DNA of 64,000 bases from Candidatus Harrisonbacteria bacterium (GTDB lineage: Bacteria > Patescibacteriota > Minisyncoccia > UBA6257 > 1-14-0-10-40-38). The translations under genes and the position numbers were made by a program. Position 1 is the stretch's first letter, and the number at the start of each line of letters is the position of its first letter. The notes beneath the pieces were generated by a model. That model worked only from the letters and a program-made list of their open reading frames with translations. It was not told where the DNA came from and did not search any database. The stretch covers positions 196,002 through 260,001 of the forward strand of contig JAHFLD010000001.1 in the NCBI GenBank assembly GCA_023245035.1, read 5' to 3'. Positions 48,947 to 59,668 of the stretch are shown one piece after another.

Positions 48947-49153
48947 CTAGGCTAGATGCCGTTTCTTGCGATATTCAAGCCACATCGGCCAAACGAAGAT
49001 ATATAGTATCTCCAAAACGCCAAGTGTATTGAGTAACAACAAGGCCACAAACCACGGCTTGCTTCCCAAACGAGCCGCCTTCCACAGAGCGACTCCTTTC
49101 CAGGGAAGCGTCCATAAAATCGCCAAAACAAAGCTGATTTCTTGGTTGGTCAA
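48947..49153 (-). CDS. DUF5652-like small membrane protein
   Basis: WTLPWKGVALWKAA...WF...NTLGVLEILYIF. Confidence 0.75.
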   Translation of the reverse strand: MTNQEISFVLAILWTLPWKGVALWKAARLGSKPWFVALLLLNTLGVLEILYIFVWPMWLEYRKKRHLA

Positions 49154-49193
49154 TGAAGTGTTTTTGGGCCGAAATAGGCGACTATTGATTTGG

Positions 49194-49823
49194 CTAAAGA
49201 GCCACGAAAGATGACATTACTGGCAGTCCTTGAGCGTCCGTAAGCGGGGGATTTTTCTTGGTGTCAAAAACATGATCTTCACCGGCGACGTGGATCATAG
49301 CCGTATAGCGTCCTCCGGCTACCGTTCCGCGAAGCAATTCGACTACGCCCGAATAAGCGCCAACATCAAAAAGTTGCACTCCCAAAATTCTGCCGACCGT
49401 CGCGTCGGCATTCATCTCATGAACCACAACCCAGGCGGGGGCGGCCAGAGTTCCCGAAACCTGAACCTTTAGTCCAGCCGGTTGATCCTTGACCGCGACC
49501 GTTGACTGCCCGGGTTTTGCCATTGCCTGACCGGCTTCTTTTTTTACCAAAACCGAAGATTCCACATTCGCCTGACTGGCTATCGGCTTCTGCTCCATGT
49601 TTTTATCCGAATTGGCGGCCGTGGCATCCTTATCAACTCCCGTAACATCGCTGTCTTGAGTTGTGGTATCAACTTCATTTTGCGTTATGAGGCCATCACT
49701 CTGCACTCCAAGTCCCTTGCCCAAAAAGAAGCCGATTAATCCGGCTAGCAACGCTATAACTAATGTCGACCACATCGAACGACCCTCCGACTGTCCCGCA
49801 CCCTGCTGATTGTTTGTATCCAT
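49194..49823 (-). CDS. Membrane-anchored hypothetical protein
   Basis: TM helix, linker and C-terminal beta domain (VKDQPAG...WVVVHE). Confidence 0.6.
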   Translation of the reverse strand: MDTNNQQGAGQSEGRSMWSTLVIALLAGLIGFFLGKGLGVQSDGLITQNEVDTTTQDSDVTGVDKDATAANSDKNMEQKPIASQANVESSVLVKKEAGQAMAKPGQSTVAVKDQPAGLKVQVSGTLAAPAWVVVHEMNADATVGRILGVQLFDVGAYSGVVELLRGTVAGGRYTAMIHVAGEDHVFDTKKNPPLTDAQGLPVMSSFVAL

Positions 49824-49944
49824 GCGACTTATAAATTAAAAATTAGTTGATAAAAGTGGCAGTGCTAGTGCCAAGAACTGCCCCAATTATAAAGTTCCAA
49901 AAATAAAAAAGCAATCGCCAAATCACCAAGGCTTCGCATGGCGA

Positions 49945-50307
49945 TTATTTCTGGTGTCGCGATAAAATAAACAAAGATCCGGCGGCCAAAGCCAAAGCTA
50001 AATCGCGAAAAACTATATCCAGCAAGACCAGGTTTGGCGCCACGATTCCAACTAGGGTCAACGCCGCCGCTAAAGCCGCTAAGCGCGATGTCCTCTGGTA
50101 GAGCAGTGCCCCGCCAAGCATTAACTCATAGATGGAAAAAATAGCGAGCAAGATATTTTGCGGAACCAATGCCTTCATGAATTGCGGAAAATAACCAATC
50201 CACGAATCCGGATCAATAAAAGAAGCAATTGCGGCATAGAAAAAAACGCCGGCCAAAGCAACGCGCAACAACCAGATCGCCAAAGCCAAGCGTTTTTCTT
50301 CGGGCAT
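49945..50307 (-). CDS. DoxX/MauE-like membrane protein
   Basis: LLRVALA, YELMLG and DIVFRDLAL. Confidence 0.75.
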   Translation of the reverse strand: MPEEKRLALAIWLLRVALAGVFFYAAIASFIDPDSWIGYFPQFMKALVPQNILLAIFSIYELMLGGALLYQRTSRLAALAAALTLVGIVAPNLVLLDIVFRDLALALAAGSLFILSRHQK

Positions 50308-50316
50308 ACTTAAGAA

Positions 50317-50802
50317 CTATCGCACGACAACGACCCCGCCTCGGCTTGGTCGGAGATGGTCATGATACTTCCAAGTTCCGGGAGTCGTAAAAGTAAAGGC
50401 ATAACTTTCGCCAGAACCAAAACCTCTATCCGCGTCAAATTCCTTTAAAGTCGTATGCGCCGGATGCGGATTGGAAGCCACCCACATCTTATCCGAAGTC
50501 TGATTGGTAAAGGTAACAGTTGTGCCCGGCGAAACGGTAACGGTATTCGGCAAAAAACCATCTTGAGTGTAATTTACGTTTACTGTGGTCGGCTTAACTT
50601 GATTCGGCGCCGGATTTTCGGCAACAACTTTTTCTTCTGTCGCTGGTTGTTGTGTCGCGGGCTGGGGTGTTGATGCTTCTGTCTCCGTGGTAGGAGCACT
50701 ATTAACTTGCGCTCGGCGACGGACAAAACTACCGCCAAAAAACGAGGCCGCCGTCGACACTGCTACTATCAGTACCACAAAAACCGTAAAGAATTTTTTC
50801 AT
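50317..50802 (-). CDS. Cupredoxin-fold anchored protein
   Basis: GFLPNTVTV.PGTTVTFTN, PHPAH and FTTPGTWKYHDHL. Confidence 0.8.
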   Translation of the reverse strand: MKKFFTVFVVLIVAVSTAASFFGGSFVRRRAQVNSAPTTETEASTPQPATQQPATEEKVVAENPAPNQVKPTTVNVNYTQDGFLPNTVTVSPGTTVTFTNQTSDKMWVASNPHPAHTTLKEFDADRGFGSGESYAFTFTTPGTWKYHDHLRPSRGGVVVVR

Positions 50803-50880
50803 GTTAAAAGATTATTTATCAGTACTCTTTATTTATCCTACGCTTGAAGCAAAAATAGTCAATCAAACAAAGGAGGTGTT

Positions 50881-52641
50881 CTATCCGCGGCCGCGATAAC
50901 TGGCGTCTTCATCCTCAATTGCGAGCGCGGCCCGTTTTTTCTTTAACAGCGCGTGGGAGCGAAAAGCAAAAAAAGAACCAATGCCCAGCGCCACCAAGGT
51001 CAGGCTTCCATAATAAGGCAATCCGCGCCGCAAGCGATCCCAGACCAAGGATTTGACGATGGTCACCCGAATCGGCGCTTGTAATTTTTCCCAGGTGCCC
51101 TTGTTTCGGTAGTAGGCGATTAAGTAGTAGTTTCCCGGGGCAAAGCCATCAAGTTGTATTTTTTGGCTTCCTTTGGGAACGATAATCTGTTTGGTTAGGC
51201 GAAAATTCTCGTCAAAGACATCAATTCGGTACTCCTCGGCCGATTTTGGAATTATCAGATCGTTAAAGGAGATAACAATACTGCCGGTGCCGTTGAATCC
51301 GGTCGCGGTAAACGCGACACTAATCGGTCCATCGATTGGCGCGCCTGGTTGGTCAGGAGTAGTCCCGGTATTATTCGGCGGTGGCGTAGCGCCCGGGGGC
51401 GGTGGAGGAGTCACGGTCCCCGAAGGCGGAATCTGCGGTGGCGGCGGTGTTGAGGAAGAAGATGAGGCCGTGAGCGTTGTAAAGATCAACGTTGAGGAAG
51501 CGGCGTTGCCCGCCGGATCGGCGGTTAACAAGGTTGCCGTATAAGTAGTTGCCGGAGCCAGGCCAGAGACACTAACCGAGTGCTCCAACTCATAAGTCGG
51601 ATCAAAGGCATTCCCGCTGAAAGTGCCGGCTCGCGAAACCGTAACCCAGGAATTGGCCGCTTCATTGGTTGTCCAAACGAAATTAACGTTCGTGGCGCCA
51701 AGATTGCTAATCGTCGCGGAAATAATTTGGGGTGGGGTAATATCTCCCGAAGGCGGCGGTGGTGGTGGAGGCAAACCGCCAGTTGGCGGCGGAGGTGCTA
51801 TGGCGGAAAAATCTTGTGGTGTTACAAACGATCCAGTCGTTGAAGCTTGATTTCCCCACGAATCATAAGCCGTCAGCGTAAAGTTATAATTTGCGCCGGG
51901 CAAAGTGTCGAGCGTTAAGCTACAGTTCGCGATTCCCGACGGACAGGTTGCGTATGAGCCGTAAGGTCCGGCAACTTGCGGTGCTTGTCCTGGTCGCGCG
52001 TAATTCACGTCAAAGTCAACCGGCTCGTTAGCGTTAAAAAACAAAGTGGTGGCGTAGGGAGAAGATGGCGAAGTGGTGGCGTTCGAAATTAAAGGCGGCG
52101 ATGTCTCGGTGGTCTCATAAAGCGCGAACTTAAAACTAAAAGGTTGCTCCGACGCGCCCAAGTAAGCGGTTCCCAAAAGATATTCGGGATAAGCTTGAGA
52201 ATTGTGCGGCAAAATTTGAAAGCGATTTACGTAGTGCAACCACAACTCCGGCGGAAAACTCAAAAGTTTCAAAGTATAAGTCGCTCCGGTGTTGACTGGA
52301 ATTAACGAGGAGAAATCAAAATGAAAGCGAGTGCCGCCCCAAACCGGCGGAGCGACGGGAATCGTTACTGTTACTGCCGCAAGTTGCCCGCCGCTCGCGC
52401 CATAAAGTCCAAAAGTAGCCGCGCCCGACCCGCCCTCGTTGTCTATCCAAATATCCAGACCGCGCAAAAAATCGTTGTAAACCGGAAACTCCTGCGAGAC
52501 GGTATCATACGCCGCCACCTTAAGTCTTTCATCGTAATTCTCCGGCGCGAATTCAAAAAAACGTGTTCCGTGCGCCAAGCTTTGAGCCGGCCAGAAGGCC
52601 AAACCAACTAAAACAAAAAGAAAAAAAGGTCGCAGTCTCAT
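50881..52641 (-). CDS. Surface protein with fibronectin-III-like domains, Pro-rich linkers and C-terminal TM anchor
   Basis: Signal peptide, WTTNEAA...HSVSVSGLAPATTY, poly-Pro and C-terminal TM plus basic tail. Confidence 0.75.
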   Translation of the reverse strand: MRLRPFFLFVLVGLAFWPAQSLAHGTRFFEFAPENYDERLKVAAYDTVSQEFPVYNDFLRGLDIWIDNEGGSGAATFGLYGASGGQLAAVTVTIPVAPPVWGGTRFHFDFSSLIPVNTGATYTLKLLSFPPELWLHYVNRFQILPHNSQAYPEYLLGTAYLGASEQPFSFKFALYETTETSPPLISNATTSPSSPYATTLFFNANEPVDFDVNYARPGQAPQVAGPYGSYATCPSGIANCSLTLDTLPGANYNFTLTAYDSWGNQASTTGSFVTPQDFSAIAPPPPTGGLPPPPPPPSGDITPPQIISATISNLGATNVNFVWTTNEAANSWVTVSRAGTFSGNAFDPTYELEHSVSVSGLAPATTYTATLLTADPAGNAASSTLIFTTLTASSSSSTPPPPQIPPSGTVTPPPPPGATPPPNNTGTTPDQPGAPIDGPISVAFTATGFNGTGSIVISFNDLIIPKSAEEYRIDVFDENFRLTKQIIVPKGSQKIQLDGFAPGNYYLIAYYRNKGTWEKLQAPIRVTIVKSLVWDRLRRGLPYYGSLTLVALGIGSFFAFRSHALLKKKRAALAIEDEDASYRGRG

Positions 52642-52686
52642 GCGCCATTAAGTATATCATCCGCAAGGCCGAACTCCGTGCACAGC

Positions 52687-52920
52687 CTATTTAGATTTCA
52701 GACCAAAAATTTCTACCAACTTTCGGCGCGACGTCCGTCCGGAAATAATCTGAACCTGATTCGGCGCGATTTTGAAATAATCGGCCAGCGCCCGAATAAT
52801 TCCCATGTTGGCTTGCCCCTTGACCGGCGGCTCGGTAACCCAAACGCCAAAAGTATTTGGCGCTATCTCCGCAACCTTAACTTCTCGTGCCGCCGGGTGC
52901 GCCTGAACCAGAATTTTCAT
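52687..52920 (-). CDS. DUF167/YggU family protein
   Basis: EPPVKGQAN and ISGRTSRRK. Confidence 0.85.
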   Translation of the reverse strand: MKILVQAHPAAREVKVAEIAPNTFGVWVTEPPVKGQANMGIIRALADYFKIAPNQVQIISGRTSRRKLVEIFGLKSK

Positions 52921-52923
52921 AGA

Positions 52924-54144
52924 TTATTGCAAAGATTTTGCCGCCCTTAACTTACGGTGATAGCTGATGGCAAAGCGGTGCGCCTCATCGCGAACTCGGA
53001 TCAGCGCCGAGGCTAATTCCTCCGGAGGTTTCATTCCTATAAACTCATTCTTGTCCCGCCACGGCCCTTTGGCAATGCCGACTACGGGAATACTTATCCC
53101 AAAATCGTTTAACACGCCCTTCGCTGCGTTGACTTGAGGAGTTCCGCCATCGATCAGTATCAAGTCTGGCAAGGTCCACTTATTTTCAAAACGCCGGGTA
53201 AGAACCTCGCGCAACATGCCGGTGTCGTCCGGCGTGGTCAGACTTTGAATTCTAAACTTTCGGTACTCATTTTTGTCCGGCTGACCGCTCCTAAAAACCA
53301 CCATTGATCCCGTCGCCGAAGTTCCGGAAATATTGGAAATGTCGTACCCTTCAATGCGCTGGGGTATCGTGGAAGTTGCCGGCGGTATTAATGGATCATC
53401 GGAGAGCACCGCTACGTCGCGAATATGTTGTAGGGCAAAAATCCGGCGTTTTATGACCTCCGCTTTTTCATAGTCAAGTTTTCGGCTGGCCGCAAGCATC
53501 TCTCTCTCGCTCTGCTTGATTAAAAAAGCCTTCTTGCCTTCAAAAAAACGGCAGATATTTTTAATGGTCAACAAGTACTCGGCACGGCTTACTGAACCGA
53601 CGCACGTTCCCGGGCATAAGCCAATTTCGTAATTAAAACAAGGCCGCCCCTTCTCCGCTGTTTGGTGTCGGGTCAACTCTTCGGATGTGTGAGTGGAATA
53701 GGGGAAGATCCGCCGGACTATTTTCAGCGCCTCGCGAAGGCTGGTAGCCGAGGTAAAAGGTCCGAAGCGCCGCCTCGCCGTCCCACCGGTGCCTCGCGCC
53801 AAAATTACTCGCGGCCAATTATCTTTGGTAATTTCCACGTATAAAAAACTCTTGTCGTCTTTTTCCCGAATGTTGAACGGCGGACGATAAAGCTTAATCA
53901 GCGCCGCCTCGCGAATCAGAGCCTCAATCGCGGTCTCGGTTAGTTCATAGTCTATCTTTACGATTTCCCGGACCAGCTTTTCAATTCTGGCTTCATGGGC
54001 CCGCGCAAAATAACTGGCGACTCGTCGCCGCAGATTCACCGCCTTGCCGACATAAAGCACCGCGCCCCGCGCTCCGCGCATAATATAAACCCCGGGCGTC
54101 TCGGGAAAAGACTGAGTCTGTTTAAAGTTATTTTCTTTATTCAT
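52924..54144 (-). CDS. uvrC: Excinuclease ABC subunit C (short form)
   Basis: PGVY, YVGKA, IEGYDISN, LIDGG and RDEAHRFA. Start at MNKENN. Confidence 0.92.
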   Translation of the reverse strand: MNKENNFKQTQSFPETPGVYIMRGARGAVLYVGKAVNLRRRVASYFARAHEARIEKLVREIVKIDYELTETAIEALIREAALIKLYRPPFNIREKDDKSFLYVEITKDNWPRVILARGTGGTARRRFGPFTSATSLREALKIVRRIFPYSTHTSEELTRHQTAEKGRPCFNYEIGLCPGTCVGSVSRAEYLLTIKNICRFFEGKKAFLIKQSEREMLAASRKLDYEKAEVIKRRIFALQHIRDVAVLSDDPLIPPATSTIPQRIEGYDISNISGTSATGSMVVFRSGQPDKNEYRKFRIQSLTTPDDTGMLREVLTRRFENKWTLPDLILIDGGTPQVNAAKGVLNDFGISIPVVGIAKGPWRDKNEFIGMKPPEELASALIRVRDEAHRFAISYHRKLRAAKSLQ

Positions 54145-54157
54145 ATCACTGCCCAAA

Positions 54158-56686
54158 TCAGTCCAACACTTTCCGCAAATACTCTCCGGTAAAGCTTCCT
54201 TTTTTGCGGGCGATTTCCTCCGGCGTGCCAACGGCCACAATCGTCCCGCCCTTATTGCCGCCCTCGGGTCCCAAATCAATCACCCAATCGGCGGTTTTAA
54301 TCACATCCAGGTTGTGCTCAATGACCACAATCGTATTCCCTCGATCCACCAAACGTTGGAGCACGATCAACAAGTTCTCAATATCGGCAAAATGAAGCCC
54401 CGTCGTCGGTTCGTCTAGTAGATAAAGCGTCTTCCGCGTGTCCCGCTTGCCAAGCTCCGCCGAAAGTTTAATGCGCTGGGCCTCGCCGCCCGAAAGTGTC
54501 GTTGCCGATTGTCCCAGCTCCAGATAACCCAAACCAACCTCGTTGAGGATTTTAAGCCGATCCGCGAGCCACGGAATATCGGCAAAAAAGGGCAAGGCCT
54601 CTTCCACCGTCATCCGCAAAACGTCGTAAATATTTTTTCCCTTATACTCCACCGCCAAAGTTTCTCGATCAAAACGCTTGCCCTTGCACACGTCGCAAAC
54701 CACGTAAACCGTCGGCAAAAAGTGCATCTCGATGGCGATTGTACCGTGTCCCTCGCAGTGTTCGCATCGCCCGCCCGGCACGTTAAAACTAAACCGGCCA
54801 ACCTTGTAGCCCCGCACTCGCGCGTCCTCGGTGGAGCTAAAAAGCTCGCGGATAAAAGTCCAGGCGCCGACATAAGTCGCCGGATTGGATCGCGGTGTCC
54901 GCCCGATAGGCGATTGATCGATGTTGATTACGCGATTGATATATTCCAAACCCGTAATTGATTTCACCGCCCCTGGTTTATAATCCGAAAAATTAAACTT
55001 GTTGGAAACGGTCTTGTAGAGCACATCATAGACCAAGGTGCTCTTGCCCGAGCCGGAAACTCCGGTTACCGCCGTAAATCGCCTCAAGGGAATGTCTACA
55101 TTTAATCCTTTCAGATTGTTTTCGGTCGCTCCACGGATTTTTATATGCTCGTGGTCTTTTTTAATTTGTCGCCGTTTCTCCGGCACCGCGACTTTTTTGG
55201 CGCCGTTCAAAAAATCTATCGTCAATGATCGAGACGCGTTCTTTTGGCTGGTTTTGGCCAGAATCTGCGGAATCGGTCCCGCCGCTACGATCTGTCCGCC
55301 ATGAATACCCGCGCCCGGACCCACATCAACCAAATAATCCGAGGCGCGAATCGTCTCTTCGTCGTGCTCAACTACCAGCACCGTGTTTCCCAAATCGCGA
55401 AGCTCATGCAGGGTTTTGATGAGTTTGGCGTTATCTCGTTGGTGCAGGCCAATCGTCGGCTCGTCTAAAATATAAAGCGTGCCGACCAGTCGCGAACCTA
55501 TCTGCGAAGCCAGCCTGATTCGCTGTGATTCACCGCCAGAAAGCGTTCCCGAAGCGCGCCCCAAGGTCAAATACTCCAAGCCGACATTCATCAAAAAAGC
55601 CAGCCGATTTTTTATTTCTTTAAGCGGCGCCTCAAGCACTCCGCCGAGATTTTTGTTCTCCATCGTCAATCCGCCAAAAAACTTCACCGCCTCCTCAATG
55701 GAAAAAGCGGTCACCGTGGCGATGTTTTTATTTTTGATTAAAATACTCAAACTCTCTCTCTTAAGCCGCGCCCCGTTGCAGGCTGGACAGATCTTTTCCG
55801 ACCAAGCCTCCTCGGTGCCGAGGCCGTGGCATTGTTCGCAGGCGCCAAACGGACTGTTAAAAGAAAACAGCCGCGGCTCAATTTCCGGAAAAGAAAATCC
55901 ATCGCGCGGACAGGTGAATTTTGCCGACAGCGAAACTTCGCGGCCATCGTGAACAATGGTCACCACATCGTTTCCATATTTAAGCGCGGTCTCAATGGCT
56001 TCGGCCAAGCGTAGCCGGTTTTCCGCCTCCTTAAAATTCAACAGCGACGGAATTCTATCCACTACCAGATCAATGGTGTGAGTTTTATAACGCGACAACT
56101 CCACCCGGCTTCGCAGTGAACACATGATGCCGTCAATGCGCGCCTCGCTGAAACCGGCATTCAAAAAATCGTAGAGCATCTGGTAGTATTCGCCCTTGCG
56201 TCCGCGCACTACCGGCGCCAGCACTAATAAATTTTTATCCGAGGCGTCCTGCGCCAACAACTGCAAAACCGTATCCACAATCTCCTCCTTGGTCAGTTTA
56301 CGAATTTCCTGTCCGCAGTCCGGACAAAACGGAGTTCCCAGTCTGGCAAACAAAACCCGCAGATAGTCATAGATTTCGGTAATGGTCGCCACGGTTGAAC
56401 GGGGATTGCCCGAGCGGCTTTTCTGGTCAATGGAAATGGCGGGAGAGAGTCCTTCAATCTCATCCACGTCCGGCTTGTCTAGTTTGTCCAAAAATTGGCG
56501 GGCGTAGGCGGAAAGCGACTCCATATATCTCCGCTGGCCCTCGGCAAAAATAGTGTCAAAAGCCAGCGAGGATTTACCGGAACCAGAAAGTCCGGTAAAA
56601 ACCACCATCTTGTCGCGGGGAATTTCCAAGCTGATGTTTTTGAGGTTATGCTCCCGCGCGCCTTTGATTTTTATCTTGTCGTGCAT
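54158..56686 (-). CDS. uvrA: Excinuclease ABC subunit A
   Basis: GAREHNLK, two Walker A motifs, LSGGE signatures and Zn fingers. Confidence 0.97.
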   Translation of the reverse strand: MHDKIKIKGAREHNLKNISLEIPRDKMVVFTGLSGSGKSSLAFDTIFAEGQRRYMESLSAYARQFLDKLDKPDVDEIEGLSPAISIDQKSRSGNPRSTVATITEIYDYLRVLFARLGTPFCPDCGQEIRKLTKEEIVDTVLQLLAQDASDKNLLVLAPVVRGRKGEYYQMLYDFLNAGFSEARIDGIMCSLRSRVELSRYKTHTIDLVVDRIPSLLNFKEAENRLRLAEAIETALKYGNDVVTIVHDGREVSLSAKFTCPRDGFSFPEIEPRLFSFNSPFGACEQCHGLGTEEAWSEKICPACNGARLKRESLSILIKNKNIATVTAFSIEEAVKFFGGLTMENKNLGGVLEAPLKEIKNRLAFLMNVGLEYLTLGRASGTLSGGESQRIRLASQIGSRLVGTLYILDEPTIGLHQRDNAKLIKTLHELRDLGNTVLVVEHDEETIRASDYLVDVGPGAGIHGGQIVAAGPIPQILAKTSQKNASRSLTIDFLNGAKKVAVPEKRRQIKKDHEHIKIRGATENNLKGLNVDIPLRRFTAVTGVSGSGKSTLVYDVLYKTVSNKFNFSDYKPGAVKSITGLEYINRVINIDQSPIGRTPRSNPATYVGAWTFIRELFSSTEDARVRGYKVGRFSFNVPGGRCEHCEGHGTIAIEMHFLPTVYVVCDVCKGKRFDRETLAVEYKGKNIYDVLRMTVEEALPFFADIPWLADRLKILNEVGLGYLELGQSATTLSGGEAQRIKLSAELGKRDTRKTLYLLDEPTTGLHFADIENLLIVLQRLVDRGNTIVVIEHNLDVIKTADWVIDLGPEGGNKGGTIVAVGTPEEIARKKGSFTGEYLRKVLD

Positions 56687-56698
56687 ATAGGATGGTTT

Positions 56699-58717
56699 TT
56701 AGCTTGTAAGTTTGACCTGCTTCTGAAGCTCCTTAATCTCATCCCGCAACAGAGTCGCCAGCTCAAAGTCCAACTCATCGGCCGCTCGCCGCATTTCGGC
56801 TTGTTTCTCGCGGATTAGCGATTGTCGGGCGGTTCTTGATTTGGGAATCGGCATCAGTTCCAATTTTAAAATCTTGTCCGCCGGCAAAATATCCCTGATT
56901 TCCTTGATAATTGTTGTCGGCGTGATGTCGTGCTCGATATTATACGCCAATTGCAAAACTCGTCGGCGATTGGTCTCTTTAACCGCGCGATCAATTGAGC
57001 CGGTAATCTGATCGGCGTAAAGCAAAACCTCGCCGCGCACGTTGCGCGCCGCCCGTCCGATGGTTTGAATCAGCGAAGTCTCGCTCCGCAAAAAACCCTC
57101 CTTGTCCGCGTCCAGAATCGCTACCAATGAAACCTCCGGCAAATCCAATCCTTCGCGCAAAAGGTTAACCCCGATCAAGACGTCAAAAGTTCCCTTGCGC
57201 AGATTGGTCAAAATCTTAATCCGTTCCAGAGTTTTTACGTCGCTGTGAAGATAATTGACCTTCATTCCCAAGCTCTCAAGGTGAGCGCTCAAATCCTCGG
57301 CCATGCGCTTGGTGAGCGTGGTGACCAGTACTCGCTCTTTTTTACTCACTCGCTCCTGAAGTCGGGGAATCAAATCATGCACCTGTCCGGTAGCCGGTAA
57401 AATTGTGATGACCGGATCAACCAATCCAGTTGGACGGATTATCTGCTCCACGATTGCAGAGCTTATCTTGCGCTCGTGGGCGCTTGGAGTCGCCGAGACA
57501 TATACCACCTGGCCGACTCCGGAGTTGAATTCGTCGGCGGTCAGGGGTCGATTATCGGCGGCCGAGGGCAGGCGGAAGCCATACTCAATCAAAGTCTTTT
57601 TTCTGGCGGCATCTCCCGCGTACATCCCGCCGATTTGTGGAATCGTCACGTGCGACTCATCAATCACCGTCAAAAAATCGGCCTGCCCTGAGCTTGTCGA
57701 GTGGGGAAAATAATCCAGTAGTGTCTCGGGCGGGGCTCCAGCCTCGCGTCCCGAAAGATGGCGGGAATAATTTTCAATGCCGTGGCAGTAGCCGATTTCT
57801 TCCATCATCGCCAAATCAAACTTGGTTCGGCGTTCCAAACGTTCCGCTTCCAGCAATTTGCCAGCTTTTTCAAAATAATTGAGCTGTTCCTTAAGTTCGG
57901 CGCGAATGCCGGCTATGGCCCGCTCTCGAGCCTGAGGAGTGGTAATAAAGTGCTTGGCCGGAGCAATAAAGATTTCTGACACCATCGGAGTCTTACCGGG
58001 AATAAAACCGGATACCGGATCAACTTCATAAAGGGCCGTGATTTTTTTTGACTCCGGATCATCCGGAATACTCGCGAGCTCAAAGCGATAGATTATCTCG
58101 CGATCCGGCGGCATAATCTCCCAATTATCTCCCCGCACCCTGAATGTTCCGCGTTTCACGTCGGCGTTGGTTCTCGTAAAGTGCAATGTAACCAATTTCC
58201 GCATTAAGTCCGCGCGTCTAATAATTGTTCCCGCTCGAAAGTGAAAGATATTTTGTCGATACTCATCCGGCGCCCCCAAGCCATAAATACAAGAAACCGA
58301 CGCGACCACAATCACATCGCGCCGCGTCAGCAAGGCCGCGGTCGCCGCGTGGCGCAGTTTATCAATTTCTTCGTTGATTAGAGCCTCCTTATCTATATAG
58401 GTATCGCTTGCCGGCATATACGCCTCCGGTTGGTAGTAATCGTAATAAGACACGAAATAATGCACGGCGTTGTGGGGAAATAACTCGCGAAACTCATTGC
58501 ACAATTGAGCGGCGAGCGTCTTATTGTGGGCAATAACCAAGGTTGGTTTCCCGATTTTTTCTATCACATTGGCGATGGTAAAAGTCTTGCCCGAACCGGT
58601 CACGCCAAGCAAAGTTTGCCGACTCATTCCGGATTCAAGTCCACGAGTCAAATCCGCGATGGCTTGCGGCTGATCACCGGCGGGCTTATTTTTTGATTCC
58701 AACTGAAAGACGGACAT
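56699..58717 (-). CDS. uvrB: Excinuclease ABC subunit B
   Basis: GVTGSGKT, YYDYYQPEAY, DESH, NLLREGLD and QTIGRAARN. Confidence 0.97.
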   Translation of the reverse strand: MSVFQLESKNKPAGDQPQAIADLTRGLESGMSRQTLLGVTGSGKTFTIANVIEKIGKPTLVIAHNKTLAAQLCNEFRELFPHNAVHYFVSYYDYYQPEAYMPASDTYIDKEALINEEIDKLRHAATAALLTRRDVIVVASVSCIYGLGAPDEYRQNIFHFRAGTIIRRADLMRKLVTLHFTRTNADVKRGTFRVRGDNWEIMPPDREIIYRFELASIPDDPESKKITALYEVDPVSGFIPGKTPMVSEIFIAPAKHFITTPQARERAIAGIRAELKEQLNYFEKAGKLLEAERLERRTKFDLAMMEEIGYCHGIENYSRHLSGREAGAPPETLLDYFPHSTSSGQADFLTVIDESHVTIPQIGGMYAGDAARKKTLIEYGFRLPSAADNRPLTADEFNSGVGQVVYVSATPSAHERKISSAIVEQIIRPTGLVDPVITILPATGQVHDLIPRLQERVSKKERVLVTTLTKRMAEDLSAHLESLGMKVNYLHSDVKTLERIKILTNLRKGTFDVLIGVNLLREGLDLPEVSLVAILDADKEGFLRSETSLIQTIGRAARNVRGEVLLYADQITGSIDRAVKETNRRRVLQLAYNIEHDITPTTIIKEIRDILPADKILKLELMPIPKSRTARQSLIREKQAEMRRAADELDFELATLLRDEIKELQKQVKLTS

Positions 58718-58975
58718 ATTGTGAATTGTGAATAAGGAAAATTCCCCTCGGGTTCTCTTGCGAGGGGGTCTGGCTTCAAGTATAGGGCCTAAAAACCAGA
58801 GATGTCAATTCCGTCTACTAATCCGCCAAATCAAAAAAAGTTTTCCACCGTTGACACGCCTTGCGTGAGGCGTAATGTTGAATGAAGCGCATAATTCAGC
58901 AGCTTGTAAGACTCGCGACGGACAGAAGTGCGCCAAAGGCAAGAATCCCGCGCTCTTTGAAAAAAAGGAGGTGAC

Positions 58976-59524
58976 TTGATGACGATTATCGATACGCTCA
59001 AATCGGCGATCAGCGCCGAGCGGAAAAAAAAGGAGAAGTTGCGTGAAGTTTTGACTGGTGTCGCGACGTTGGAAGACGCGGAAATGTGCACCGGCTTTGT
59101 GGTTCTGCACAATCACGTCACGCGCGCCGTTCGTCACGAGATGCTGAGGTTTTTTCTGAAGGATACCCTCCGCGACAATCCCGCGCGTTGGCAGGAATCG
59201 CTGGGCTTTTATATGGAGCGACTCTGGCACGATGGTCACATCAAGCTTGCCCAGCGTTGCGCTAAAGCCCTGATCGAAGAAGACGCAGGGTGCGGCAGAT
59301 GTGACGGCACCAAAAAAGTGGTTTCCTTGTTCGCGATTTTTGGGCGCTGGAACGACCAGCCGGAAGATTTCGGCATCGTTAAATCCGACCTCCGAAAAGC
59401 TCCTTGGGTTAAAGCCTCGGTCTATCGAACTGCCGCCGCCTTGGTTCTAAAGGCGCCTTTCAAGTCAAAAAAAGATTACATCGCCTGGTGTCTCAAAAAA
59501 CGCCATCAAGCGAACGACTCTTAA
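58976..59524 (+). CDS. Hypothetical protein
   Basis: Own TTGACA promoter, strong AAGGAGGTGA and terminator at 59523-59546. Contains CGRC. Confidence 0.7.
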   Translation: MMTIIDTLKSAISAERKKKEKLREVLTGVATLEDAEMCTGFVVLHNHVTRAVRHEMLRFFLKDTLRDNPARWQESLGFYMERLWHDGHIKLAQRCAKALIEEDAGCGRCDGTKKVVSLFAIFGRWNDQPEDFGIVKSDLRKAPWVKASVYRTAAALVLKAPFKSKKDYIAWCLKKRHQANDS

Positions 59525-59558
59525 ACCTCCCCGCGGAGGTTTTTTTATATGCGCAACA

Positions 59559-59664
59559 TAAGAAAACCCCGGCCGTTTTAGGCCGGGGATGAAGCGCATA
59601 TAACCCCGAGCGTAGTCGAGGGGTATTCCAAAGAGGCCACGGCCGTAAGGCCGTGAAGGTTCAC
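59559..59664. mobile_element. Non-autonomous IS200/IS605-like remnant (paired end hairpins)
   Basis: CCCCGGCC-GTTTTA-GGCCGGGG and CACGGCC-GTAA-GGCCGTG...GGTTCAC, with no ORF between. Confidence 0.5.
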
Positions 59665-59668
59665 TCAG

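Noticed and set aside
58805-59239. Antisense ORFs (also 16241-16978, 41926-42561 and similar)
   Set aside because: They lie opposite well-supported genes and have no recognisable motifs.
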